DNA of 64,000 bases from Octopus sinensis (Eukaryota), in NCBI RefSeq assembly GCF_006345805.1, contig NC_043009.1, forward strand, positions 8,618,001 to 8,682,000, read 5' to 3'. Numbering within the stretch: the first letter of the stretch is position 1; every line of letters starts with the position of its first letter. A model generated the notes under the pieces. It was not told the DNA's origin, made no database searches, and saw nothing but the letters and a program-made list of their open reading frames with translations. The position numbers and the translations under genes were made by a program. Positions 14,841-26,386 of the stretch are shown here, piece after piece.

Positions 14841-16171
14841 TATACATGGGGGTTCTATACAAGGGTGTTGTGTGTACATACTGATGCACACAAGTAGGTA
14901 TTTGCATATATACCAATTTCTTATTGGTTTTTTTTTTTTTTTCCAATTTTATCTTGACATAGTTGTAAAGAGGGAGAGTGTAACGAGCCCCCATCTTAAC
15001 ATAAAAGAAGTGAGGCGGTGGAGCATTGTGTGTGTGTGTGTGTGTGTGGTGTGTGTGTATGCATTAAGTGTGAGAGGGATAAGAGGGATAATAAATCCAC
15101 TATTTATTTATATGTCTAAGGGGAATTTTATTAATCAGTTTATATTCGTATATGTGAAAATATGGGCAGTTGTTGTTGTTTTGGCTTTTTGGGGGTTTTT
15201 TTACAGAGGAGAGAAAAAAAATAACTTCACATAACTGCAACTGAACAAATGAAAGCATTCCCAAGTGTTAATAATTCATAAGTTTTTAATCTTGTTGCTA
15301 CTACAACTACTACTACTACCTTTACTACTACTATTATTATTATTATTATCATCATTATTATTATTATTATTATTATTAAAGCTGGCTATTGTGCGAATCT
15401 GAGATTTGGTTATTAAAGATTAAAAGATGGTGATGGTGGTTGGTGGTGATGAAGCTTCTCTCACCCCCCTTTTATACTATTCCAAATTGGTGTATGATAA
15501 TAGCATCTGCATTTAAATATGCACTGTCTTCTGTCGGTGCATTTCTATGCAATTTGGGTGGGGGGTGCGGATGGGGTGGAGGGTATTTGAAGAACAATGA
15601 ATACAATGAATGCAAACAACAAGACTTATTGTCTACTTTTGCTCTTTTGTTATTCATCAGCTCCTTCCTCGTGTGCATATTTGTGTGTGCGCATGTATAT
15701 ATATATATATATATATCCGTGTGACCTCATACTTTTATTGTTGTCTAGGCCAAAGTAGTTGATATCACTCCACAGTTATTCATTCCTTCACATTGTACAA
15801 TAGATCTATGTAAACAAATGCTGTGTGTGTGTGTATAGATGCATGCATGCATGCAAGTGTGTGCGCGTGTGTGTGTACACTTGCATGCGTAATTTATGTA
15901 TGGATATAGATAAGGAACGATAGGTTTTTGTTTGAACCAAAGCTGAGTAAAATATAGGGGTAGTTAGGAAAGCGGGTATATATATATATATATGCATACA
16001 CACACACATAAATACTCACACATGCACGTCTGTGTGTTGTGTCACAGTTTTTACTAAATCTATCAAATAAATCCTTCAAATGTGTATACTGGTGCATACA
16101 AACACATGCCTGCTATATATATATATATATATATATACATACATATATATATATATATTATAGATATTACA

Positions 16172-16583
16172 GATATACAAGAGTGGGTGTGTGGTAAGTA
16201 GCTTGCTTACCAACCACATGGTTCCGGGTTCAGTCCCACTGTATGGCACCTTGGGCAAGTGTCTTCTACTATAGCCTTGGGCCGACCAAAGCCTTGTGAG
16301 TGGATTTGGTAGACGAAAACTGAAAGAAGCCCGTCGTATATACGTATGTGTACATATATATATATATATATATGTTTGTGTTTCTGTGTTTGTCCCCCTA
16401 GCATTGCATGACAACCAATGCTAGTGTGTTTATGTCCCCGTCACTTAGCAGTTCGGCAAAAGAGACCGATAGAATAAGTACTGGGCTTACAAAAGAATAA
16501 GTCCCGGAGTTGAGTTGCTCGATTAAAGGCGGTGCTCCAGCAGGCCGCAGTCAAATGACTGAAACAAGTAAAAGAGTAAAGAG

Positions 16584-16586
<3 letters not shown>
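16172..16586 (+). mobile_element. SINE family A copy
   Basis: Colinear with 43555-43955 from the tRNA head to the tail. Confidence 0.85.
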
Positions 16587-16626
<40 letters not shown>

Positions 16627-17029
16627 CATATACAACTGTACATAAATATAAATACATCTCCATGTATATTTGTATATATTCTCTCTATTTATCTATCTCA
16701 CTGTGTGTGTGTATAATCTGCATGCAGTCCTTTATTAAAAAGATTGAATGTCAAATCCATTGATTAAGAAAATGTGCAGAGGATTGCTTTTTTTAACGTA
16801 AAGTATAGAATATTTATGGCTGAGTTGTCACCAATACATCATCTTGATCACCTGATTGTTGTGCATATATGTATCTTAGCATGTGTGTGTGTTTGTGTTT
16901 GTGTGTGTGTTTGTGTGTGTGTGTGTGTATTGTAGGCTTGAGAGTAAGAGTTTTCACCTTAATTGTTCACAGTATGTCATTCTTTCTGCTCTTCTCCTTC
17001 AACCTAGAGCACCTTCACTATACATGAGC

Positions 17030-17094
<65 letters not shown>

Positions 17095-17419
17095 CATACA
17101 TACACACATGCACACACACATACACACGAGCCTTCTTTGGCTAAACATACATAACCACATACATTCACATTTATATGGTATGTATATACATATATACATA
17201 CATACATACATGTATAGGAAGTAGTGACAGCTTGATATGTGTATATGTGTGTATATACACACAAACACAGATGTACATAATATTCCTATATATGTATGTG
17301 TGCATGCGCATATAGACTCATATTTGTATATAATTGTACACACGTTTTATACACTCCTACCGACAATTAACCCTAACGAATAGTGTCAGGATGATCCAGT
17401 CTGGTTAACATGTTTTATG

Positions 17420-17687
17420 CTCTGGACTAGTTTAAGAATTTAACTTCCCCAGGGGATTGCTGGGTTTTTGTTTCACCAAATTGTATGTTAAGCATGACAA
17501 CACACCTGTATCCAAGCATATCTGTAATTAAGGGACACTAATTGCACACCTGAATAAACACACAGCTGTGTTAAGGGGACACGAATGCGCTTACTGAAGA
17601 CGAAAGCTAGATAAACCTTACAGATGACTCCATGAAACTTTCAACGGTGTCACCTGGCTTCGTTAGTGGATTTAGTTTCAGGTAAGT
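17420..17687 (+). promoter_or_regulatory. Candidate promoter/enhancer and 5' UTR exon
   Basis: Non-repetitive island with CACCTG at 17503, 17547 and 17651, CAGCTG at 17563 and CAGATG at 17621. It ends in a consensus donor CAG|GTAAGT at 17681/17682, 2.5 kb upstream of the ATG exon. Confidence 0.3.
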
Positions 17688-17958
17688 GTGAGTGTGTATG
17701 TATACAATGAGGTTCTACACAGTTGGCATCTACCAAATTCCACACACAAAGTTCCTGGCTTTGGGTAAGAGAAAATACAGGAGGATTAGTTAATTACGAT
17801 CTTATTCAACATTCCCCTCTCAGATTTACACACTTATTGCAGTGGTCCTTCAGTATATATATATAAGTTCAGCAAAAATTTAGATTCAAATGAATATGGT
17901 ACTTAATTTAGATGCCCCAGAATTTTGTATGGTGTTATCCATAAAAATCCGTGGGGTG

Positions 17959-18005
<47 letters not shown>

Positions 18006-18279
18006 TAGATAGATATATATATATATATATAGATAGATAGATAGATAGATATTTATATATATATAGATAGATAGATTAGATAGATATTTATATTTATATA
18101 GATATATAGATAGATAGATAGATATTTATATATATATAGATAGATAGATAGATAGATATTTATATATATATAGATAGATAGATAGATAGATATTTATATA
18201 TATATAGATAGATAGATAGATAGATATTTATATATATATAGATAGATAGATAGATATTTATATATATATATATATATAG

Positions 18280-18316
<37 letters not shown>

Positions 18317-18336
18317 ATATATAGATAGATATATAT

Positions 18337-18367
<31 letters not shown>

Positions 18368-18381
18368 GATAGATAGATAGA

Positions 18382-18427
<46 letters not shown>

Positions 18428-18542
18428 TAGATAGATATTTATATATATATTATATATATAGATAGATAGATATTTATATATATATATATATATATAGATA
18501 GATAGATATTAATTAATATATATAGATAGATAGATAGATATT

Positions 18543-18583
<41 letters not shown>

Positions 18584-18654
18584 TAGATAGATATTTATAT
18601 ATATAGATTATATATATATTAGATATATATATAATATATAGATAGATAGATAGA

Positions 18655-18693
<39 letters not shown>

Positions 18694-18695
<2 letters not shown>

Positions 18696-18884
18696 TTATT
18701 ATATAGAAGGAGCTTCTACAGGACTAGAACTGTTTCATTCAAGAGAAATCTTCCTGAAGATTTCTCTTGAATGAAACAGTTCTAGTCCTGTAGAAGCTCC
18801 TTCTATATAATAAATTAATTTTACTCTACTATGTATTGAGTACCTTATTTACTGTGGTTAACCCCGAATCAACCCGGGACCTAC
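18694..18884 (+). mobile_element. Palindromic Penelope pLTR-like element, copy 1
   Basis: Perfect 60 bp inverted arms (18694-18753 and 18756-18815) followed by a unique tail ending GGGACCTAC. Embedded in (TA)n/(TAGA)n. A homologous copy lies at 63233-63429 in the opposite orientation. Confidence 0.7.
18750..18796 (+). ncRNA. Type I hammerhead ribozyme motif (copy 1)
   Basis: CUUC-CUGAAGA-U-UUC-UCUU-GAA-U-GAAAC-AG-UUCUAGUC-CU-GUA/GAAG. Contains the CUGANGA and GAAA core, stem II UUC/GAA, stem III ACAG/CUGU, a GUA cleavage triplet and stem I CUUC/GAAG. Confidence 0.65.
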
Positions 18885-19393
18885 ATATATATATATTTAT
18901 ATAGATAGATAGATAGATAGATATTTATATAGATAGATAGATAGATATTTATATATATATAGTGCTCAAGTGAAATTTGTGCCTGAACTCCATTACTAAC
19001 CTTTCACATCTTGTACTCTTCTTAGCTTCTTTCTATATATGATACTCCTTTGTGTATATTTGCATTTCTCTTCAACATGTTATATATATATATAAGTGTA
19101 AATATGTCCTAAACTGACTTGATACTTGTTGACTGCCTCTTCATGCTTTGGTTCTTTTGTCTTTTACTTGTTCCAGTCATTTGACTGTGGCAGTGTCTGG
19201 GGCACCACCATCAGGGGTCTTAGTCAAACAAATCAACCCTAGTACTTATTCTGTCAGTCTCTTTTGCTAAACCACTAAGTTATGGGGACACAAACATACC
19301 TACTCTGGTTGTCAAGTGGCAGACCAACATAGACACAAAGACACACACACATAAGTATATACATACATATACATACATGCATATATCTATCTA

Positions 19394-19436
<43 letters not shown>

Positions 19437-20158
19437 CAAGCTTCTTTCAGTTTCATTTATAAGGCTTTGGCCAGCCCGAGGCTATAATAGAAGACATTTG
19501 CCGAAAGTGCCAGGCAGTGGAACTGAACCCATAACCATGTAGTTGGGGAGCAAGTTTCTTACCACACAGCTGCACCTGAACCTATATATATATATATTTA
19601 TAAAATCATCATCATCTTCATTTAATGTCCACTTTAATATTCACTTTACTGTGCAGAGTTTTATTTGAGGCAAATATTTTATTGCCTGAAGAACTTTGTG
19701 TTGCCAGCCCTCACCTGTTTCCAAACAAGGTAATATGCCTTGATGGCCATACCTGTCCTCACAGAATATTGGAAATGAACTACACAGCTTGTATGACTGT
19801 GACCCTCATCTACGATTATCAAGCAATGTCAAGAAAAGGCCACACACACAATGGGCTTCTTTCAGTTTCTATCTACCAAATCCACTCGCAGGGTTTTTGC
19901 TCAGCCCCAAGATCTAGTAGAAAACAGTTGCCCAGGGTGCCATACAGTAGGGCTGAACCCAAAACCACACTACCACATCTGCACCTATATATACATGTGT
20001 GTGTGTATGTGCACTAGGGTTTATTCAACTGACTTCTGCCCCTTCTTTCTATCTCTCTCTCTTTCAAAGTTATTAGGGAGTGCGAAGGGGTGATTATCTT
20101 ACATTCCACAAGTATAAGAAATCAATATTAATGGATAAACTTTCTCTCCCTTTTTCAG

Positions 20159-20200
20159 ACATGCGAGTTTCTCTATCCAGAGGAGTAACTGTTAGCAATC
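20159..20200 (+). other. 5' UTR part of the ATG-containing exon
   Basis: Lies between the strong acceptor at 20158/20159 and the ATG at 20201. The acceptor implies at least one further upstream non-coding exon. Confidence 0.7.
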
Positions 20201-20285
20201 ATGGATCACTTTAGCAGACACTTCATGAGATGGTTGCTCTTTCTGCTACTATTACCATGGACCAATTGCATCTCTTTCAGTCGTG
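20201..20285 (+). CDS. First coding exon (signal peptide) of a type I cytokine receptor, domeless/gp130-like
   Basis: Acceptor tttttcag|AC at 20158/20159. In-frame TAA at 20186-20188 lies upstream of the ATG at 20201 (context aatcATGg). Translates MDHFSRHFMRWLLFLLLLPWTNCISFSR, a basic then hydrophobic signal-peptide pattern. Donor G|GTAAGT at 20285/20286 is phase 1 and joins the 40151 exon in frame (G+TT = Val). Confidence 0.85.
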
Positions 20286-20504
20286 GTAAGTTATTCATTT
20301 TTCTTTTCCTTGGAATTGGTTATAATCTTTGATATATAATTTTTTTTTTTGATATTTTCATTCTGATTTATAGATCTCAAGATACGTGATTTATTTTCTG
20401 CATAAATTTTTACTTGCATATTTTTGCGTGTGTATAAGTGTGTATTTGCTCATACAATAACTGTGTGTGTGCTTCTGTGCATGCTCACATTCCTGTTTTT
20501 TCTA

Positions 20505-20536
20505 TGTATATACAACTATATGTGTGTGTGTATGTA

Positions 20537-20590
<54 letters not shown>

Positions 20591-20692
20591 TTTATATATA
20601 TATTTATATATATTATATATATATATTATATATATATTATTTATATATATATGTATATATATATATATTTATATATATATATATTGTATATA

Positions 20693-20762
<70 letters not shown>

Positions 20763-21050
20763 AGTATATATATATATCTATACACACACACATATATATA
20801 TCAATGTGTGTGTATATATATGGTGTATGTATAGCTATATATAATATATATATATATATATATGTGAGTATATATATATATATATCTATACACACACACA
20901 CATATATATATCCATGTGTGTGTATATATATGTGTGTGTATGTATAGCTATATATATATATATATATATGTGAGTATATATATATATATCTATACACACA
21001 CACACATATATATATATATCAATATGTGTGTGTATAAATATATGCATGTA
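20505..21050. repeat. Compound TA/CA microsatellite with higher-order duplication
   Basis: The block gtgagtatatatatatatctatacacacacacatatatatatc(a/c)atgtgtgtgta recurs three times between about 20755 and 21035. Confidence 0.9.
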
Positions 21051-21563
21051 TAAATGCATGGATGCATGCATGATAAGGAATTTTCAATCAGTAGTTCGTT
21101 ACATTTCTGTTGGCAAGTGTGACGAGAGCGCATCTGCAACTTGGTGTGCAGCATTTGAAAATGCACCAGTTTTATGACACCTTTGCTGTTTGTTGTCTTG
21201 TTGATATATATTGCAAAATATGAACACAAACACACACATACACACACACACTGCTTGTTTTTTTAAAATTTACAGTTTCTGCCTACCTCGTTCTACTTGC
21301 AAGGTATTGCTCACCCAGAGCCTATGACAGAAAGTGCTAATTCAGTAAATCTATGATTGAAGATTTGTCAGTTATAACCATCCTGACTTTTTTTTTTCCA
21401 GACATAGATTACCTTGGATCTAATGTATCCATTATAAAAAAAAAAAAAAAAACAAGAAATTGTAGGGTCTGGTATAAAGATATTTGGCTGTTATTTCTCG
21501 CAGCATAGTGGCTCCCTCAGCATGTATTAGCAGCAGCTGAGAGCAACTGAGGAAACCCTTTAA

Positions 21564-22177
21564 CCATTTAGCATTTAAACTGACCATATCAGGCCCAAAT
21601 ATTCTACCTGTTTTATACTCAAACTGGCCAGATCCAGCCTCTCACACCTATCCTTCTATGTCATTCTAAAAATAAACAGTTACGTCATTGAAAGCTGAAA
21701 GATACAAGATGTCTTTTATCTTTTACTTGTTTCAGTCATTAGACTCTGGCCATGCTGGGGCTCTGACTTGATGAATTTTTAGTCGAATGTATCAACCCCG
21801 GTACTTATTTTTTAAAAGCTTTGTACTTATTCAATCAGTCTCTTTTGCTGAACTGCTAAGTTACGGGGACGTAAACCCACCAACACCGGTTGTCAAGCAG
21901 TGGTAGGGGGACAACACAGACAGAAAGACACACACACATACTCATATATATAGAGAGACAGACGGACGGACAACAGGCTTCTTTCAGTTTCTGTCTATCA
22001 AATCCACTCATAAGGCTTCGGTTAGCCCAAGGCTATAGTAGAAGACATTTACCCAAGATGCCATGTAGTGTGACTGAACCCAGAACTATGTGGTTGAGAA
22101 GCAAACTTCTAACCACATAGCCATGCCTGTGGATAAATAAGCATTATATTTGACAGAGTAATCTGAATGATAAAAGA
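21564..22177 (+). mobile_element. piggyBac-type MITE (ccctttagcatt TIR family) interrupted by a SINE
   Basis: Left part 21564-21711 and right part 22131-22177 flank a minus-strand SINE, with TTAA at both ends. Related copies at about 12085-12265, 38440-38650, 46800-46985 and 52262-52864. Confidence 0.7.
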
Positions 22178-22257
22178 TTAAATACCCAACACAATGACTC
22201 AATGAAATGTTGAGTAAATTTGAGTTTAGGTTCATGAGCTGTTGGTGCACTACCCAA

Positions 22258-22356
22258 CCATCCCATATCCACCAAGCCATCCCATATCCACCCAGCCATC
22301 CCATATCCACCAAGCCATCCCATATCCACCAAGCCATCCCATATCTACCCAGCCAT
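22258..22356. repeat. 19 bp minisatellite, about 5 copies
   Basis: Unit ccatcccatatccacc(a/c)ag. Confidence 0.95.
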
Positions 22357-23076
22357 TTATTTCAGGGAAAGAATAAAAAGGATACTTGTATCCTTATCTA
22401 AGACACCCAAAAATAATGTCTTGGTAGTTCCTGTTTGAAAGAGTAATCTCATTGTACCCTATTCACATAGCAGCCAACAAAGAAAGGACACAATAGGTAA
22501 TGTCCTCCTTGAAAAACCCCTAAAAAGATCTGCTCAAACAATATATCTGCTAAAATGAGAGTGGGGTTAGATTTTTTTGTTTTTTCATTTTTCTAATATA
22601 GACATAAGGCCTGAAATTTGGGGCATAGAGCTGGCCACTCATATCAGCCCCAGTATTTCATTGGTACCTTATTTTATTAACCTCAGTATTTCACTGGTAC
22701 TTTCTTTTATCAACCCCTTCCTAATGCCAACCACTCTGAGAGTGTAGTGGATGCTTTTTATGTGCCAGTTACGTAATACCGGTATCAGTCCTGACTATAA
22801 TCTCACTTGACAAGTGGGCACAGTATATCGCCAAAGGTCCCAGTCACTTGTCACTGCCTCAGTAAGGCCCAACGTTTCAACAGTGCTTTTTACATGGCAC
22901 AAGCACAGGTGCCAGTTTTGTGACACTGGCATTGGCCATGACTCCGATTTCACTTGGTTTGACATGTCTTCTCAAACACGGCATATCATCCAACGTTCAA
23001 AGGGTGCTTTTTACATACCAGTTACATGACACTGGCGTCAGCCCCAACTACATATATATATATATATATATATATA

Positions 23077-23876
23077 CAGGGTGCGATGGATAAATTGTTG
23101 CCATTTTATATTTTTAATTTTGCACATATGCATTGTTTTGATTTTGTCAACTACACAGTATAGTAGGGTCAGTTGGGCACCAGCTGTGAGAAAAAAATCA
23201 CCATGACGCAATTCACTCTGCCAAAAGCTCCAATATGAACATTTCAGAGTGTTTGGGTGTCAATCTGAGGACAGTGCATGTACCGAGAGTGATAAAAATC
23301 AAACATCCATGGTGTTTGGAGTGATCACTAGTCAAGGCTATGTTACGCCCCCATTAATCTTCCCACACAGCCTCAGACTCAACATGGAGGCCTACATCAA
23401 GTACCTGGAGGAGGTAGTGCTGCCCTGGGTCAAGAGAGTGGCTGCTGGAAGACCCTATGTCTGGCAACAGGACTCTGCACCATGCCACACAAACAGAAGA
23501 ACCCAGTCATGACTGTCAGAAAATTTCTGCAACCACATCACCCCTAACATCGGGCCACCTAACACCTCAGTCTGCAACCCCCTTGATTATTATGTGTGGG
23601 GTGCAGTTGAGTTGAGAGACCAACAAAACTCCTTGTTACACCAAAGATGAACTGAAGGCAAGGATTATGGCAGCATTCACCAACTTAAACAAGGAGACCA
23701 TCCAGAAGAGTTGCAGGAGATTCCGAAGTCATCTGGAGGCCATGGTTGAAGCCAATGGTGATTTTACTGAATAAATTTGCTCTTTAGTGTTCCAAGATAT
23801 CTTTATGTAATTTTGATAAATATATCTGTTAAACCGAGATGTCAGTATTATTTTCATTTTTATTCACCGCACCCTA
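23077..23876 (+). mobile_element. Internally deleted Tc1/mariner element, DD37D (maT) type
   Basis: TIRs cagggtgcgatggataaa / tttattcaccgcacccta with TA flanks. Transposase remnant VWQQDSAPCH...CNPLDYYVWG has 37 codons between the last two Asp, one of them a stop. Confidence 0.85.
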
Positions 23877-24399
23877 TATATGTTTTAGAATGTAATAATG
23901 GTTACTGATTACATTGACAGTATTCTAGTGAGATTTGAACTCAGAACCTAAAGGCCCTGAACAAGTACTGCAAACCATTTTGTTTGGTGTTGTAACTGTC
24001 CTACCTGCCTTAATTTAAAAATATAATGTTAATAATCTTAGAGTCAATCTGGTTATTTGATCAACATGATGATCAAATAGAAAAAACACACAACTATCAC
24101 TTTGTGTGTGTTTCTCAAATACCTGGCTATGTTTGAGTTTTACTTTTTTTATTTCCTATTTTTCTTACTAGTTTCTATAGTTGTTTTGGAACAGTAGAGT
24201 TTGTAAATCCGTATCCAAAGTTTCTAGACCATTGCAATCTCATTCTCAAGAATTGGTTTGAATATGTTTACCATTTGTGTTGTTTCTTATATACTAATTG
24301 AATTTGTCTAGACTTTCCCAACAAAGGCTTTTTAACTGTTGACATCAGGTGCATATATTTATCTATCTATGTACCGACATACGCATTCACCTGAACACA

Positions 24400-24940
24400 C
24401 ACATATGCAATGTTCAGATTATAAGCTTTTATCGGAAATGGTTGAGATGAAAAGTGTTTAGGAAAGTCTACATTTGCATCTGTGAAATTGAGAATTTCAC
24501 CCAAGTTTAAAATGCATTTTTCATTTGCATTTCAGAATAAAGCTCTTTTTAATATACGAGCAAAACAACCCCTGTCCAATGGACGGTGCTGCGTTGTCAA
24601 ACATTTAAACCAAATTTTTTGGTCTCTTAAATATACTGCATTTTGTGGCATTATTTCAAGTCAGCCACCTTTTTTTTGCACAAACTGCACGTGCATTTTT
24701 CTCGCATACGCATAGTATCGATCACAACAACTGATGTACTTGCACATACAAATGCACGTTCCCACAGCTTTATTGATCGCATTCTCACCTGGAATCGATT
24801 TTTGTAATTTTTTCGAGACTTATACACACCCTGATACTGTCGGTATCTACATATCAAATTTGAGTGCAATTGGATGGAGGATGCCCAAGATCCTAGAAGA
24901 CACACAGACAGAAAGACAGAACGGATTTTATATAATAGAT
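24400..24940 (-). mobile_element. Helentron/HINE-like fragment
   Basis: The minus strand starts atctattatataaaatccgttctgtctttctgtctgtgtg...ccaattgcactcaaatttg. The left boundary is approximate. Confidence 0.45.
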
Positions 24941-25990
24941 AAATCCTTCATCTTTTACTTGTTTAGTATCAGACAGTGACCATGGTAGGGCACTGATGAA
25001 AGACACTGATAGAACACATACCAAGCAAGGTTGGTGTGGGGGGGGGACAAACACAGACACACAAACATATACGCGCACATATATATATATATATACATAT
25101 ATACGACAGGCTTCTTTCAGTTTCTGTCTACCAAATCCATTCACAAGGCTTTGGTCAGCCTGAGGCTATAGTAGAAGACACTTACCCAAGGTGCCACGCA
25201 ATGGGAGTGAACCCAGAACCATGTAGTTCGTAAGTAAGCTGCTTACCACACAGCCACTATACACACACACAACAGGCTTCCTCATAGTTATCATACATCA
25301 TATTCAATCAGAATGCTTTGCTTGGCCCAGGGCTATAGTAGAAGACACTTGCCCAAGGTATTGTGCAGTGTGACTAAACCTGGAAATATGCAGTTGCAAA
25401 TGAGTTACTTCACCACACAGCTATGCTTGTGCCACACACACAGATAAATAGATCCATCCATTTATCCATACATGCATACATAATACATGCTCACATCATG
25501 AAGGTAATATTACATAAATTTGGCACTAGCCCATCATTTCACCACATGTAACAGTTTCACTTTGGCAGTGTTTCTGTTTTTTCCCCCAGATCACCTTTGC
25601 TTCGGCTTGTCAATCATATAAAACGCTCCATGTGACTTTCACTTTTTACGCTGCTTTTTATGCTCACCTGCAACAGGTCGCCCAGCATTTCTAAGACTTT
25701 GCCAAATAAATGCTGAAATAATTTGAATGGAGTTGCATAACTTTCCCTCGTTCCTGAAGTAACATTTTAACGTATATTACGTCAAAAAAATAGTGAAATA
25801 ACTTTTTAAAAAGTGGTTTTTATGGTAAGAAGCATGCTTCCCATCCACTTGGTTCCAGGTTCAATCCCACTGTGCGCATGGAACTTTGGGCAAGTGTTTT
25901 TTTACTATAGTCTCAAGGCTGACCAAAGTCTTGTGAGTGGATTTGGTAGATGGAAACTGAATGAAGACCATCATGCATGTATGTATGTAT

Positions 25991-26331
25991 CTACGTAAAG
26001 CTGGACTCAAGAGTCATCTTCGTAGTCATAAAGTGAGACAGATGAGTGACAACCTGGCCACTGGTGGTGGTGTTAGACACCATATTAATCATATCTGTCA
26101 GGCATGTGGAAGAGAGTGTAATTCTGCAGGAGGACTTAAACGACATGCAAAGGTACATGAAGCCCAGTTACAACTACAGCCAGCTATTACCGGTAAAGGT
26201 TTTAGCTGCCAAATCTGTACAAGATATTGTAGATCTTTAGCTGGGCTAAAAAGTTACATTCGATCACAGCACCAGTAACAGTTAAGCTTCGTGCAATGGC
26301 CATACTCGATAACGAGGGGGCAGCCATCATC
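25991..26331 (+). mobile_element. LINE 3' end (probably RTE-type) encoding tandem C2H2 zinc fingers
   Basis: ...GLKSHLRSH...CQACGRECNSAGGLKRHAKVH...CQICTRYCRSLAGLKSYIRSQHQ*, then a short 3' UTR (gccatactcgataacgagggggcagccatcatc). Starts abruptly inside a microsatellite. A second copy lies at 50717-50895. Confidence 0.65.
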
Positions 26332-26346
26332 TACATATATGTATAT

Positions 26347-26386
<40 letters not shown>

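Larger units (their letters stand above)
17961..18961. repeat. ~1 kb compound (TA)n/(TAGA)n microsatellite hosting the palindromic element
   Basis: Directly visible; interrupted at 18694-18884. Confidence 0.95.

Noticed and set aside
14295-14994. Many overlapping Y/I/C/V/H/T-rich ORFs, here and at 5800-6300, 16900-17340 and 20420-21250
   Set aside because: They are translations of TA/TG/CA microsatellites.
17594-17612. CTGAAGACGAAAG, resembling a hammerhead core
   Set aside because: No stem II, and no credible stem III or stem I.
20306-20315. TTCCTTGGAA, a TTC-N4-GAA STAT-type site just inside the intron
   Set aside because: A single short site is expected by chance at this window size, and no cluster is visible.
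22258-22356. Regularly spaced short repeats
   Set aside because: Head-to-tail minisatellite with no spacers; not a CRISPR array.
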